Assembly (NCBI GenBank): GCA_964199315.1
Contig: OZ116699.1
Location: 27,404,001-27,468,000, forward strand
DNA from: Orbicella franksi
Lineage: Eukaryota
Direction of reading: 5' to 3'
Length of the DNA: 64,000 nt
Position numbers and translations under genes: made by a program
The notes under the pieces: generated by a model
What the model was told of the DNA's origin: nothing
Seen by the model: the letters and a program-made list of their open reading frames with translations, nothing else
Databases searched by the model: none
Shown: positions 12,601 to 23,453 of the stretch, in pieces
Numbering within the stretch: position 1 is the stretch's first letter
Layout: each line of letters opens with the position of its first letter

Positions 12601-15600
12601 TCTTATATCTCTGGATGAGATTGGACAAATGGGCAAACAAATGATTGTATTGCCTCTTATCAGAGACAGCAAGAAAGAAGAGTCAGCCTATGTCTAGTTC
12701 ATATTATAATTAAGAGAGCTCTAATCTCTATCATGATGTTGGAATTCATTCGTTGCAGTTGGAATGGTTATGCTGTGGGGATTTCTTATCTTGGGTTCCC
12801 GGTGGCAGGAAATTGAATGCTCGAGAAGAATGGCAAGCTGGGTTAACTTCAGCGTGAAAAGGCTGAACAACGTTTTTTCCCGGTCTTACGATTATCAGTT
12901 TTATTTATAGTATCAATTTTGTAATTGATAATCAAGCTCTTAAAAAAGCTTAATTTGAGAAATGGCGGTTTTCTCATGATTCTTTCTACTCGTGTATTAC
13001 CGCAAGCACGATGATACTAAGTCTCCTATTTGGAGGCTTTGACTTTATTTACCTCTATAGAATGTAATGTATATGAAAAAATCTCAAGTGAAAATGACGA
13101 TGTCTATGCTAACTCTAAATTTGCAGCTAGCCCGCTTAGTCTTCCAGATGTCCCAGTTCCAAAGTGTTGCAGGACATATGACAGCAGTTGAACCACTACT
13201 CAAGAGAGCTTTAGACTTAGAGGTAGGTGATTCATTTCTTGTTGGTATATAATTAAGAACAGGGCCATTGTGAGGCCATGCCGTGAATTGTAAATTTTTT
13301 GTTCATTTTCCTGGTCAACAAGCAGAACAGGTGTCTTCTTCACCTGGAAAATCTTTGTCTGTTATGAAAATAATTGCGAGTTTCGTAAAACACAAAATCA
13401 TATAAACGGCACAGTTGATTTAATTAAGGCTATGCTCATTGAGTGCCAATAAATTGAAAGTTTCATAAAAAAACACCATTGAAAGCTTACTTTAACTCCG
13501 AGGTTTCCCTTTAATGTTTTATCATATGGTTGTTATGTTTTATGATTGTTGTAATTTTAATGATATCAACTGAGCTAGATATATAAGTTTGATATTCATA
13601 GCTCTGACATTATCTTATGTAATAGTAACGAAAGTAAAGCTATTTCTACGTGTGTTTTTGAGGAGGTTTTCATGAACTCAAGTGCGAATGGTGGATATTG
13701 AAGTGTGTCCTTCAATGTATTTTTGGTAGAAGTCAGTATATTCAGAAGAACAAATCCGCAGTGATTCAGATGTAGCTGAGCACTACACGGAGGTGGCCAA
13801 TGCGCTTGCGTGCCTTTATGTGGATACTGAACGCTTCGATGATGCCGAACCACTGCATAGGGAGGTTCTTGAGCTGGATGAAAAGTAAGACAGAACTTTA
13901 AAGTAACTATACTTGATCACTGGTGTTTTATCATGGACTATTTCTTCTTCAAACTATTTGACATGATGAAATTGTTTGTACCATTAAGGGTCACAAAACC
14001 AGTTGGACCCTTATGTTTTATTGCACAGATTAACAGGAAACTTGTTATTTGTTATGAATAAAATACTATATTTCTCTGACGGCTGAATCAGGTTCGCAGA
14101 TCAGAGAGAGCGAGGTTGGTCCAAAGTAGCGACTACATTAAACGGTCTTGGTGTGTTATATTACAAGACAAACAAATTTGACGAGGTAAAGCTAGTCATT
14201 CTTCGTTAATTGTTCAGGTTACATATTTTATGTTTGATAGTAATAATGATAATAAATTTGCGCGCAAATGGTTCTCAAATGTGAGACCCACTGCAACTAT
14301 ATTAAAAGGAACTGAGCCGTAAAGTTTTTGCAAGCTTCTTGTTTTAACACTTCTGTGTTACTTTTACCACAACATGCATGTTAAGCCCACTATCAACTCA
14401 TTCACTAATTCCACCAACTTAATTCTAATTCTAAACTAATTCCACGTGACTTACTTTTTGTGTGCTATTAGCAAGCAGCAATTTTAAGATTTAACTTCAG
14501 CTTCAGTAAACGCCCGCATATAAGAACAACCAGGCTGAAAGTTTGCCAATAAAGCATCATATACATAGGAACCAACTCAGCCTGATAAATAAAACATGCT
14601 CTTATATAAAAAGAAAGTAAATGCCAGAATAAGAAAGCAATTGTATTAAAGTGCTTAATTGTTAATGTTTACTTATATTATAGTAATAGCATTTATTGAA
14701 TTTTTTTTATTTGGAATGCATTTTTTAGTGTAAGTATAAAAAAATTGGAAGTTAGTTAAACCTCTAGTAATTTATAATGTATAGTATATCTGAACAAATT
14801 TTAAGGACATTTTAAGAGCATTTTCAGGCTGATTTCTCACTGACCACCCGGTAAATAAGACCCTGATCAGCCTGAACCCCTTATATGCGAGTGTTTACTG
14901 TGCTTTCTTGGGATTATTTTACACCGACAAAGCCGAATCTGGGGACACATGAGCCGTCTCAAGGTATGCTGGGGTACCAGCGCTCTAGTTTAATTTGATG
15001 CCTTTGTTTTAGGCTTTGGAATATTACAACCGATGTCTTGAGCTTCATCGTCGAACCTTGCCACCCACTCACCATTTAATTCCAGACACACTTAACAACA
15101 TTGGTGCTTTGTATAAGTCCATGCTACGCTGGGAGGATTGTGCTAGAGTTCTCGAGGAAGCTCTACAGGTGATGACTATAGAAAAAAGCCGTTACGAAAA
15201 TTGCAAATGCAAGTTATGAAGTAAAATTGGGCACAACATCAACTTCACATCCATAAGCTTATGGAGACAGCATTGATCATGATCAATGACCATGGTGGTC
15301 ATATACACAACTTAAGAAGCTGTGAAATTAAAACCTGAAAAAAACATTCAGGCTTGAACGGGATTTGAGGCCATGACCTCTGCGATACCGGTGCAGTGCT
15401 GCACGAACTATCAAGCCAACTGGGAGCTGGTCGCGTTATGAGTTCTTAATATACCCATAGACGGTATAATACGAACGGGTATATAACGAACTCACAACGT
15501 GACCAGCTCCCACTTGGCTTGATAGCACAGTTGGTAGAGCACTGCACCGGTATCGCAGAGCCTGATTTTTTTCAGGCTTTAATTTCACAGCTGCTTAAGT

Positions 15601-16436
15601 TGTATATAACTGCGATGATCATTGATGTCTTCATATCTTTCTCCGCAGTTCAAATATATGATCTTTCATATATTCACTGTTATAATCCATCAAATATTTT
15701 CGCTCGCGCGCGATTGGTCTAAACACTTCACGTGACCGAATATTCCCCAGCTAAAACTGAGGAATATTCGAAAATATTCCCCAATTTTCAAAACTGCGCG
15801 CGTTTCGAAAAAGATTTGAAGAATGATAAACACAATAGCCTCCATTTGGGGCGAAAATATGCTCTGCTATTCGTCCGTGGACATTATCTGTTCCTCGAAG
15901 CTCATAGTTTTCCTCGAGCTACGCTCTCGGAAAACTGTTCGCTTCTCGGAACAGATAATGTCCTCGGACAAATATCCTAGCATATTTTCGCGCCAAGTGG
16001 AGGCTATGTTAATATATCCGTAGGCTTGTAACAAGCCATATAACAACTGGGTCAAGCAAATCGTACGTACCGCCTTATTAAGCAAAAGTAAAACGCTGAG
16101 GTTATTTTACATGTGGCGTTTTAAGTATAAGGAGTCTTCTTGTGTCCCGGTTTTTTTGTCCAGAGTTACGCTTTCTCAATTTTAAGATAAAATATGTCCA
16201 TCTATGCAACTGCTCATACTAAGTTACCCTCAAGGCCTACGAAGAAGCATACTTTGGCCAACTTCCGCCGGATGTGGGTGGCACACTGCTGAACCTTGGA
16301 ATGGCTTATTACAGGACCCACGACGCCAGCAAAGCAGAGCCATTATACCTCAGGTAAAGAAGAAACTTATCAGCATTTTAAATGTTGAGATTTTATGAAT
16401 TAGTCAGTGAGAGAATAACTTTGTTTCCAATAATTA

Positions 16437-16467
<31 letters not shown>

Positions 16468-18524
16468 AGGAATTCAGTCATGGAGCCAATTCACGTTATT
16501 AAAGTAACTGCAACTTGTAAGAAGAAAATTCACCTGATTTGTCTAAGTGGGGCAGATTGACAGTCTTGAAAAAATCTTCATGTGGGAAAAAATACTTTCC
16601 GGGACATTCCCTCTGTTGACTGAATACACGTTCGTTGAACCCGTCTGCCGAACTTACGCAGGGCTAGTTTGTCAGGATGGGCTTATTACAATTTGAAGTA
16701 CCTATAATAATTTCTTGCAGAGCCCTGGACATTCGTACAAAAGCATATGGCCCGGACCATCATGATGTTGGTCAGACATTGCTAAGCTATTCTGCATTCT
16801 TGCTCCCTGTGGACGCAAAAAAATCAGCGGACGCCGCAAAACGAGCAGTTGAAATTATGGAGGTACAAATAGCTATTAGATGTGTGTTCAAGTAGCATGC
16901 AGACCTGTTCTGAGGGTCGGGAGGTGGGTTTAGAGTCATAATATTCTAGTTGCCAATAATGTCACCAGTTGCGGTAATCCAAATCATTTAAAGCCTGATC
17001 TCTGGGTAGCAGATCGTTTTATCAAAAACAAATTCAGTCACACCAGTTTTCAGCAGGCTAAAATGGTGCTTATTAGTGTGATTATAGGCTTGCCTTGCAC
17101 AACTGAAACAACAGGTTTTTTTCTCTGGCGACTGTATTTTCGGTTGAACGGACATTTGAACTGCACTGGGTGGGGAACACTATGAAAAACGAGGGAAATC
17201 GTCAACCCTCCTTATGGATGCTTCTATAATAGGGACACCTCTACATCAAGAGCAGTTCTCTCGCTCAAACACCTTTATAATACGTACATCAGGCTCAAAA
17301 ATATGAACACCTTCCTTTGGTACATGTATTTAAGCGGTTTGACTATATTTGTTTGTAGAAATCGTTAGGACCAGAGCACATAAACACACTGAACGCTCAG
17401 GAGAATGCAGCGATAGCCCTCGCCAAGGAGGGAAAGTTTGATGAGGCTCATCCATTCTTCAAGAAATCAGGTTTGATATTTGCTATGTAGCGTTTCTTTG
17501 ACCTCTATGCTGTATGGTTTTAGTACTTCATTCACTGGGCATACTACACGTTAAATAAATCGAATTTCATTTGTTGTAGTTACAGTAATACACCGGTAAG
17601 GCGGTTGTTGTTGGGTTAAAAATTCTTTTGTGGATTCCCAACATCAGGAGCAAATGTAGATTCCTAACCCTATACCAGGCGAACTAATCCTTATTACACC
17701 AGTTAAACCGAGTTTCTAGCTTTCAAGTTCCATATTTTTACCACGCAAAGTGAAGTAACACATGAAAGAAACGTATAAGGCAAAGAAGAATATCGAAGGC
17801 TTAAAATCTACAACGTACTAATTCCTTAAACGGGTCAGACCATGTAATGGGCAAAACTTCAGTGAGATTCGGTGTTCACTTGAAACCCAGCTGACGCAGC
17901 TACTCGAAAAGACACTAGTGTGTTCATCATCATCACCTCCCAAAAATATGGCCTGCTCATCAAATGCCTTTCTCTTGTTTATGTTAGGAGTGATTCGACA
18001 TGAGAAAGGTCAAATGAATTCATCGATTCCAATTTTGAATTCTGTCATGGCTGATTACTACCTCAATAACGGTCACAATGAGGAGGCGAGGCAGTTGTTT
18101 GAGAGACTGGTGAGTGGAACCTGGCATTTGGCAACAGAATAGATATTTACATAATAACTGGCATGCAATCTTTCTTATATTTACAAGTTGATTATTGTTA
18201 TAATGTTGATTATGTTTCCGTATTCATTTTCGTTAAGTGTCTATGTTTCCGCACGGTAGGGAATCCCGACCATTTAGTATTTTTTATTCGGTTTTACACC
18301 AAGAAGGGGAAAAAAGAGGCAAAAAACAACTGGAAAAACAGCTTTACAAAAACTTACAAACTACTTACGAATAAGCAAAAGAAAGTAAATAACATAATCA
18401 AAGAAAACTCGCATTCATTCTCAAACACGCACACACATCGAGGCGACTACTTAACAATTAGACCCGTAGCCCGCAAGGGCTACGGGTCAATAGCCCATGA
18501 GGCGAAGCCTCATGGGCTATTGAC

Positions 18525-18558
<34 letters not shown>

Positions 18559-18714
18559 TAGTATCACCCAACTAGTCGGACAGAAAAGGTAATAATAAAG
18601 TTAGCAAATGCAAGTTGAAGAAATATTTATTTGGGAATAAAACGAAAGAAAGCGTCAGGCTCGATGGCGCCAATTTCGCTACTCGATGACTATTACTAAT
18701 AGTCCCCTGATAGC

Positions 18715-18752
<38 letters not shown>

Positions 18753-20817
18753 GTTGGGTGATACTAAAGCACGATAATACGATCTTAAGTGATTATGATT
18801 ACAAAGGACAAAATAATGCAGGTACAGTGTGACTAACTAGAAAAAAGCATGAATAAGCTTTTCCTATTTCTTGAAGAGGGGGAGTAGCTTGTCTCTTTTC
18901 CGAGCGACGTGTTGCTCAATTTTTATACGCGTTCAACCCGTTTTTCTTTAACCGCTCTTACTTCGCAGAATTCGATAAATTGCATCCCAAAAGGAATGGA
19001 CTGTTCAACAGCGTATCTGGAATTCGGAAGTGCTTAAAAAAACTTAATTATAACTTGAAGGAAAGTCTCCGAATATGTTCTGAAAGTTAAAACACTTAGT
19101 TATACATTAGATTGAGCCTTTTGCTTGCTCTGCCGATTTCTAGGTAGGAACAGATTTCGCGACGGACAGAGATTTTGCTGCTCTGGACTTTTTGGACGAT
19201 GAACTACTGGGAGAAAATAGACCTGAGAGGCCGTATGAGGAAACGGTGGATTATGGTCTGGAAAAGTAAGTTACGTATATTTGAACATTTCGCATCATCT
19301 TGAACCACGAATCAAACAAAAACGGGTGCTGCGGTAAAATTTGATAAAAAATAAATATCAAAATACAATCTTTCAGTCTACCTGCGGTTGAGGAAAGGTT
19401 CTATGATTAATTCAATTAATTCAAATGTATTTTTTCTTGTAGATTTCCATCTAGCTCAATGATTTTCGGGAGAAAGCTCCCCAAGCTCGCCGAAACCGGA
19501 GACTCCCAAAGGACGCTGAAAATTTTAGAAAAAGGTGGTTTTGGTCCAGAGAAGTACAATGAATCATACCAGAGTTTTGTTGCGAAAAATCACAGACAAG
19601 AAGGTCTTGATATAATAAAGACTGCACATGAGAAATTTCCGAATGACGCAGTAAGTTGCAATCATCGTTTTCAAAGGTGAAATATCAGCAAGAATGTTAT
19701 AATTTTTCGAAATAAGTCTGACATTTTACAGTACAAACCTCTATTAAAACATAAGTATATACAGCCTGTTAAGCCAATTTATCGCTAAACTCCACAAAAT
19801 GTGGGCCGAGGGACCATTAGTGTCTTGATCACTTTTCACGAATAAAAAAGATGGGATCAAACATACCAGCTTAAAAAACAGCCAAAATTACCGAGCTTGT
19901 TTTAAAATCATTTCTGTCTGCTTAAAGGTCATTCTTCACAACTTGGCATCATGCCTTGCATTCTACAAGGACTATGTCAAGGCCTGTACATACTTCAAGA
20001 AGCTGCTGGATTTAGAACCAGAGAACACGGAAGTTATGGGTAGCTATGGACGTGTATTAGCGATGGCAGGAGAAGTCGAGGACTCTAAGAAAATACTGGA
20101 AAATGCGTTGCATCTTGCAGAGGAAAGACACGAAGAACAACTTATAGAACAGGTGTGCATAAAGAAAATACAGCGTGTTAAACGTTATCTATGTGCTCAC
20201 GTATTTTACATAATTTATAGCACAACTGATGCATCAAATGCGTCAAATGTAATAACCATGATTTGAGCATCGTTTGTAAAACAAATTGTGGCAAAGTATT
20301 GACTTTTAGAACTCAGACGGTTTGAAATAAGGTGCCTTGTCGCGATAACGTCTTTGCAGTCCGTTCTGGAGCCAAAAGGAGCCCATTTTTTCGGGTACGT
20401 CGCGTATTGCTTATACAACTCAAGTTACCGGCCCCCCAGTGTTTTAACATCTTGTCTTGACGGTTTTTCGCTACGTTGGACCTGGGTAGAGAGAGGAAGA
20501 GAAATATGCTTTGGGACCACTGTCATGGCAAGACCACAACACACAATGAACTGCTAACGCTCGAATCCAGGCCAATCGATCCTGATTCTGAGGACACCGC
20601 GGCCTATCGCAAAGCACTATTTTAGTGTTCTATTTACTGGCGCTATCTTCTGCACCTAAGTTACTAATGACTAATTAACGGCGTTGAGATTTTTAGTTTG
20701 GGGTGAATTACTGAAGTAACAAATATAATTACAATAAAATAATAAGAGAGAAATGTCGATTGTATTTCTTTTCTTTTTCAGTTTAAGTCGTACCTGAATC
20801 TGTTAAACGAAACGTAG
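6670..20817 (+). CDS. Multi-exon STAND-type protein: N-terminal DUF4062-like domain, NACHT-like P-loop NTPase, C-terminal TPR array (NPHP3/TTC41/TEP1-like architecture); 5' end incomplete or uncertain
   Basis: Phase-consistent exons: 6670-6927, 7217-7390, 7560-7703, 7867-8149, 8298-8405, 8965-9212, 9431-9592, 10124-10228, 10576-10643, 10766-10850, 10967-11106, 11290-~11389 (donor ambiguous), 11776-11912, 12205-12364, 13127-13222, 13730-13884, 14092-14185, 15013-15168, 16235-16353, 16721-16862, 17359-17470, 17988-18109, 19144-19265, 19443-19650, 19928-20152, 20782-20817 (TAG). Motifs: RVFFSSPFGGLEEERE..VDMRWG..GQRYGW (DUF4062-like); Walker A GDAGSGKS split across an intron; Walker B IIIDALNK; GNPLYLK; ELPW; TPR units such as VATTLNGLGVLYYKTNKFDEALEYYNRCLE and TLNNIGALY. 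A possible first exon is 4745-4807 (MQKTYVFFINPSFHSKRTRVK, phase 0), low confidence. Confidence 0.9.
8559..8830. mobile_element. Bipartite element (terminal hairpin + IR-bounded body) in an intron of the STAND gene
   Basis: Hairpin aacaattattcca...ctggatatga...tcatatccag...tggaataattgtt (8559-8656); body bounded by ttaaaaac/gtttttaa; AGCCAAT 8782-8788 and ATTTGCAT 8800-8807. Confidence 0.65.
9560..9904 (+). repeat. Local tandem duplication (~170-bp unit) including an exon 3' end and splice donor
   Basis: Copy 1 ~9560-9738 (gaaggaaagagaagatattgcattg|gtaagataaccaatgcgtaat...cattaatgatcaatcgtt); copy 2 ~9737-9904 (gaaggaaagagaagattttgcgtcg|gtgagataaccaatgcgtaat...cattaatgatcaatcgtt). Confidence 0.9.
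12475..12911 (+). repeat. Two diverged direct copies of a ~100-bp intronic segment (12475-12578 and 12813-12911)
   Basis: Both begin ttgaatg(a/c)tcgagaagaat..gctgggtta and end ttacgattatcagttttatttatagt. Confidence 0.75.
15301..15679. mobile_element. Palindromic tRNA-derived (SINE/MITE-like) element
   Basis: Arms of ~150 bp in inverted orientation (atatacacaacttaagaagctgtgaaatta... / ...taatttcacagctgcttaagttgtatata). Each arm has a tRNA-like head (ggcttgatagcacagttggtagagcactgcaccggtatcgcagag) with an A-box. The T-arm/B-box is deleted in the + copy and degenerate in the - copy. Confidence 0.75.
15680..16013. mobile_element. Bipartite element (IR-bounded body + ~185-bp terminal hairpin)
   Basis: Body ttataatccatcaaatattttc / gaaaaagatttgaagaatgataa with GATTGG at ~15712; hairpin aatagcctcca..gcgaaaatatgct..ggacattatctgttcc / ggaacagataatgtcc..gcatattttcgc..tggaggctat. 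Confidence 0.7.
18453..18767. mobile_element. Bipartite element (105-bp GC-rich terminal hairpin + TIR-bounded body)
   Basis: Hairpin 18453-18557 aacaattagaccc...gaggcgaagcctc...gggtctaattgtt; body 18558-18767 bounded by ttagtatcacccaactagt / actagttgggtgatactaa; AGCCAAT 18717-18723 and ATTTGCAT 18735-18742. Confidence 0.8.
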
Positions 20818-23453
20818 GCGTCGTAATCAAGGTCTACCAGAACACTTGGTATTCGATGGTATGGAGTCTCCTGACTATCCAACTGTTCGCAAATATTGTT
20901 ATGTTGGAAAAAGATGATTACTTATTGTATGTAACACTAGTCAAGAGTAGGACTAAGAAATATAATGTAACATAAACTCCGAAAACTTTTTTGCAAACTT
21001 TCCAGTAGGAGCAAGTGCTACGGACTGCAGAAAATAATGAACGTGACATTTCGCTTCTCATTACAGGACCTTTATCGAACATACAGAAAGTAATGATAAG
21101 TCAACTTAAATAAAGGGCCACAAGCCAAGGCCTCCGCCTCTTTGTATCGCGTCCAATCTAATGAAAGATCATTTCCTGAGAAATACATGTATGGTCATGT
21201 AGTTCAGGTGCTGATCACCGCTGGAGCCAATATAGTGCTCTACAATGAAGGAGCTATTGTAACAATATGTATGTTAATTACAATGCCACAAGAAAAAATT
21301 AGTGACAATAAGTAGATTTTCCCCTGCGCACTTTGACCATTAAATTTCACAGTTTTAAAATTAATGATTCAATTAGTTTGTCACTTCTGGTAGAAGGCTG
21401 CTGGGTCAGCAAGCATTTACAGGAAAATACGTTTTCAATCATCAACTTGAGCCAATGCTCGGCGGATAGAAGGAAATGGTCAAATGTATATATACGAGTA
21501 TTATAAACACAAAACGTTTCTATGTAAATAAAACTGTTGTAAAAAACCATTTGGTTAAATAAATTTTAACTGGCTTTTTTACTCATCATCTGTCGGGAGT
21601 AGACACTGAAAAGGACAACGACGTCCTAAATAGTAAAACAAAGAGCTGAGGCATCAGTGTGAAGGAAAATGTTGCAGAAGTCTGGAGTCAAGGATCGAGA
21701 TTCATCTCACATCTTCATCACATGATGTGCTAGGCTTCTTCTGACACCAAGGGACCAGAGAAACTGGGTAAGGCAGACACTCCCGTGGAGACCCGTACGT
21801 AAACCTGAACGGAGAAACATCGTTAGCAAATCACTGTTGGCAAAAGGTTCTACTCATGAGACTGACTCATATACCCTTCTATTCCGTGAGAAGTCAGCAG
21901 GTGTAACTTAATTATTTCTTATAAGAAGGAAATGTTTTATTTTGTCAACTGGATTTAAAATCAGACATGAGATAAAGATCAACTTATGAACTGTTATTGC
22001 TGTAACAGTTAGCAGACACTTAAGCAACGCTGCCTCACATTGAAGGGCTATAGACTCAATGAGTATATTATAAGGCTTCGCACTCAGATGTCGGCAAAGA
22101 GAAAAAAAATTCTCTTTACGTTAAATTTCAATAACACCTATATCCAAGGGGGCTTGCATCACTTTGCAGGACTGGGAATGAACGCACACAATAAGAAACG
22201 GAGCCTGGTGCCCTTTTAATCCTCCATCTTGCACTGATCTTCATATCCAGACGGAAATTGACTGGGAAACTGTACTTCGCTCACCTGTGATGTTTGAAAC
22301 GGCGCTGGCGAATGCATACCCAGTGAATGACGTAAAACGTTTGCATGTATGAGCGTATGCACGTATGAGCTCAATGACGTATTGGTATAACAATGCAAAG
22401 AAGAAGAAAACACCTCTTTTTTTTCTTTTATTTAATTGATAATTTAATAATTTTATCACAAGGAGACACTTGGGAGAATGATTAATGATTTCCCTTGAGG
22501 TCAGTTTTTCGTCTGCTGTTCCAAGTTCTCCTTTAGCTAAACTTTCAGGAAGTGTGTTGGTTTTTTTTAATTGCAGTAAGCAACATCGGTATTCCCCACA
22601 AAGCGTTTCCCACTTTATGTTATAAGTACATGGGACACAACAGGATGAAAATGCTAAGTTCACTAAAACGCAGGGTTTTTTGTCTACGTTCTTCAAACTT
22701 CAGAGCTTCGGATAGCCTGCGTAATGGTTCTCAAGTAACCCTTTTTGAACTTTAGAAAATTACTTACAGCACATGAAAACCCTAACCCTAACCCAACCGA
22801 TATCATATATCTCATAGTTAAGATTTAGCTGGCTCTGTTACTTTAAATTTCCTTCTTAAAACACTTCTTTTCGAAGATGAAAGTTCAAAATTGTTTTAGA
22901 TTCCTAAGAAAGTGATATTGAATCAATGGTACTCATGCAGTAATAAGATTTAAAAATACTGAAATGTGTTACTATTCAAGCTAGCTTATTCACGGCTTAG
23001 CAAACATTTTGTAATTCAATGAGTGGGTTTTTCTTTCTAGCTCTAAAAAACATCCTTCGTATGATTATACATGGAAAATGAATGTTGCATGCTTTAAAGG
23101 TAATTATAGTCGTTTTAGGAAAAGCATGAAAAAAACACAGTATGACAAAATATTCAAATCAAGTCTTTGTGTAATTAGTTTGTTTCCTTTGGAGATCGTA
23201 AGCAGTCGACTAGGTGGCACTGCCAACCCTTCAGTACAAGAAAGAGAACTGGCTTAATCACAAAACAAAAGCCCAAAACTTACCTCAAATGCTTTACGAG
23301 ATGCTTAACATACATTCATAAAATCAAGCTTTTAAAATTCTAAATGACAGATTTAGCAACTACGAATCTTCTTCAGCTTTCACCGAAGTACTGATATGTG
23401 AAATTAGAAGTGATCGTAAACTTATCTATGTTGGAGTTTGACTCACAAGCAAG

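Noticed and set aside
15512-15565. tRNA gene (Thr-like, GGT)
   Set aside because: The T-arm/B-box is deleted, there is no acceptor stem pairing, and it is one arm of a palindromic repeat.
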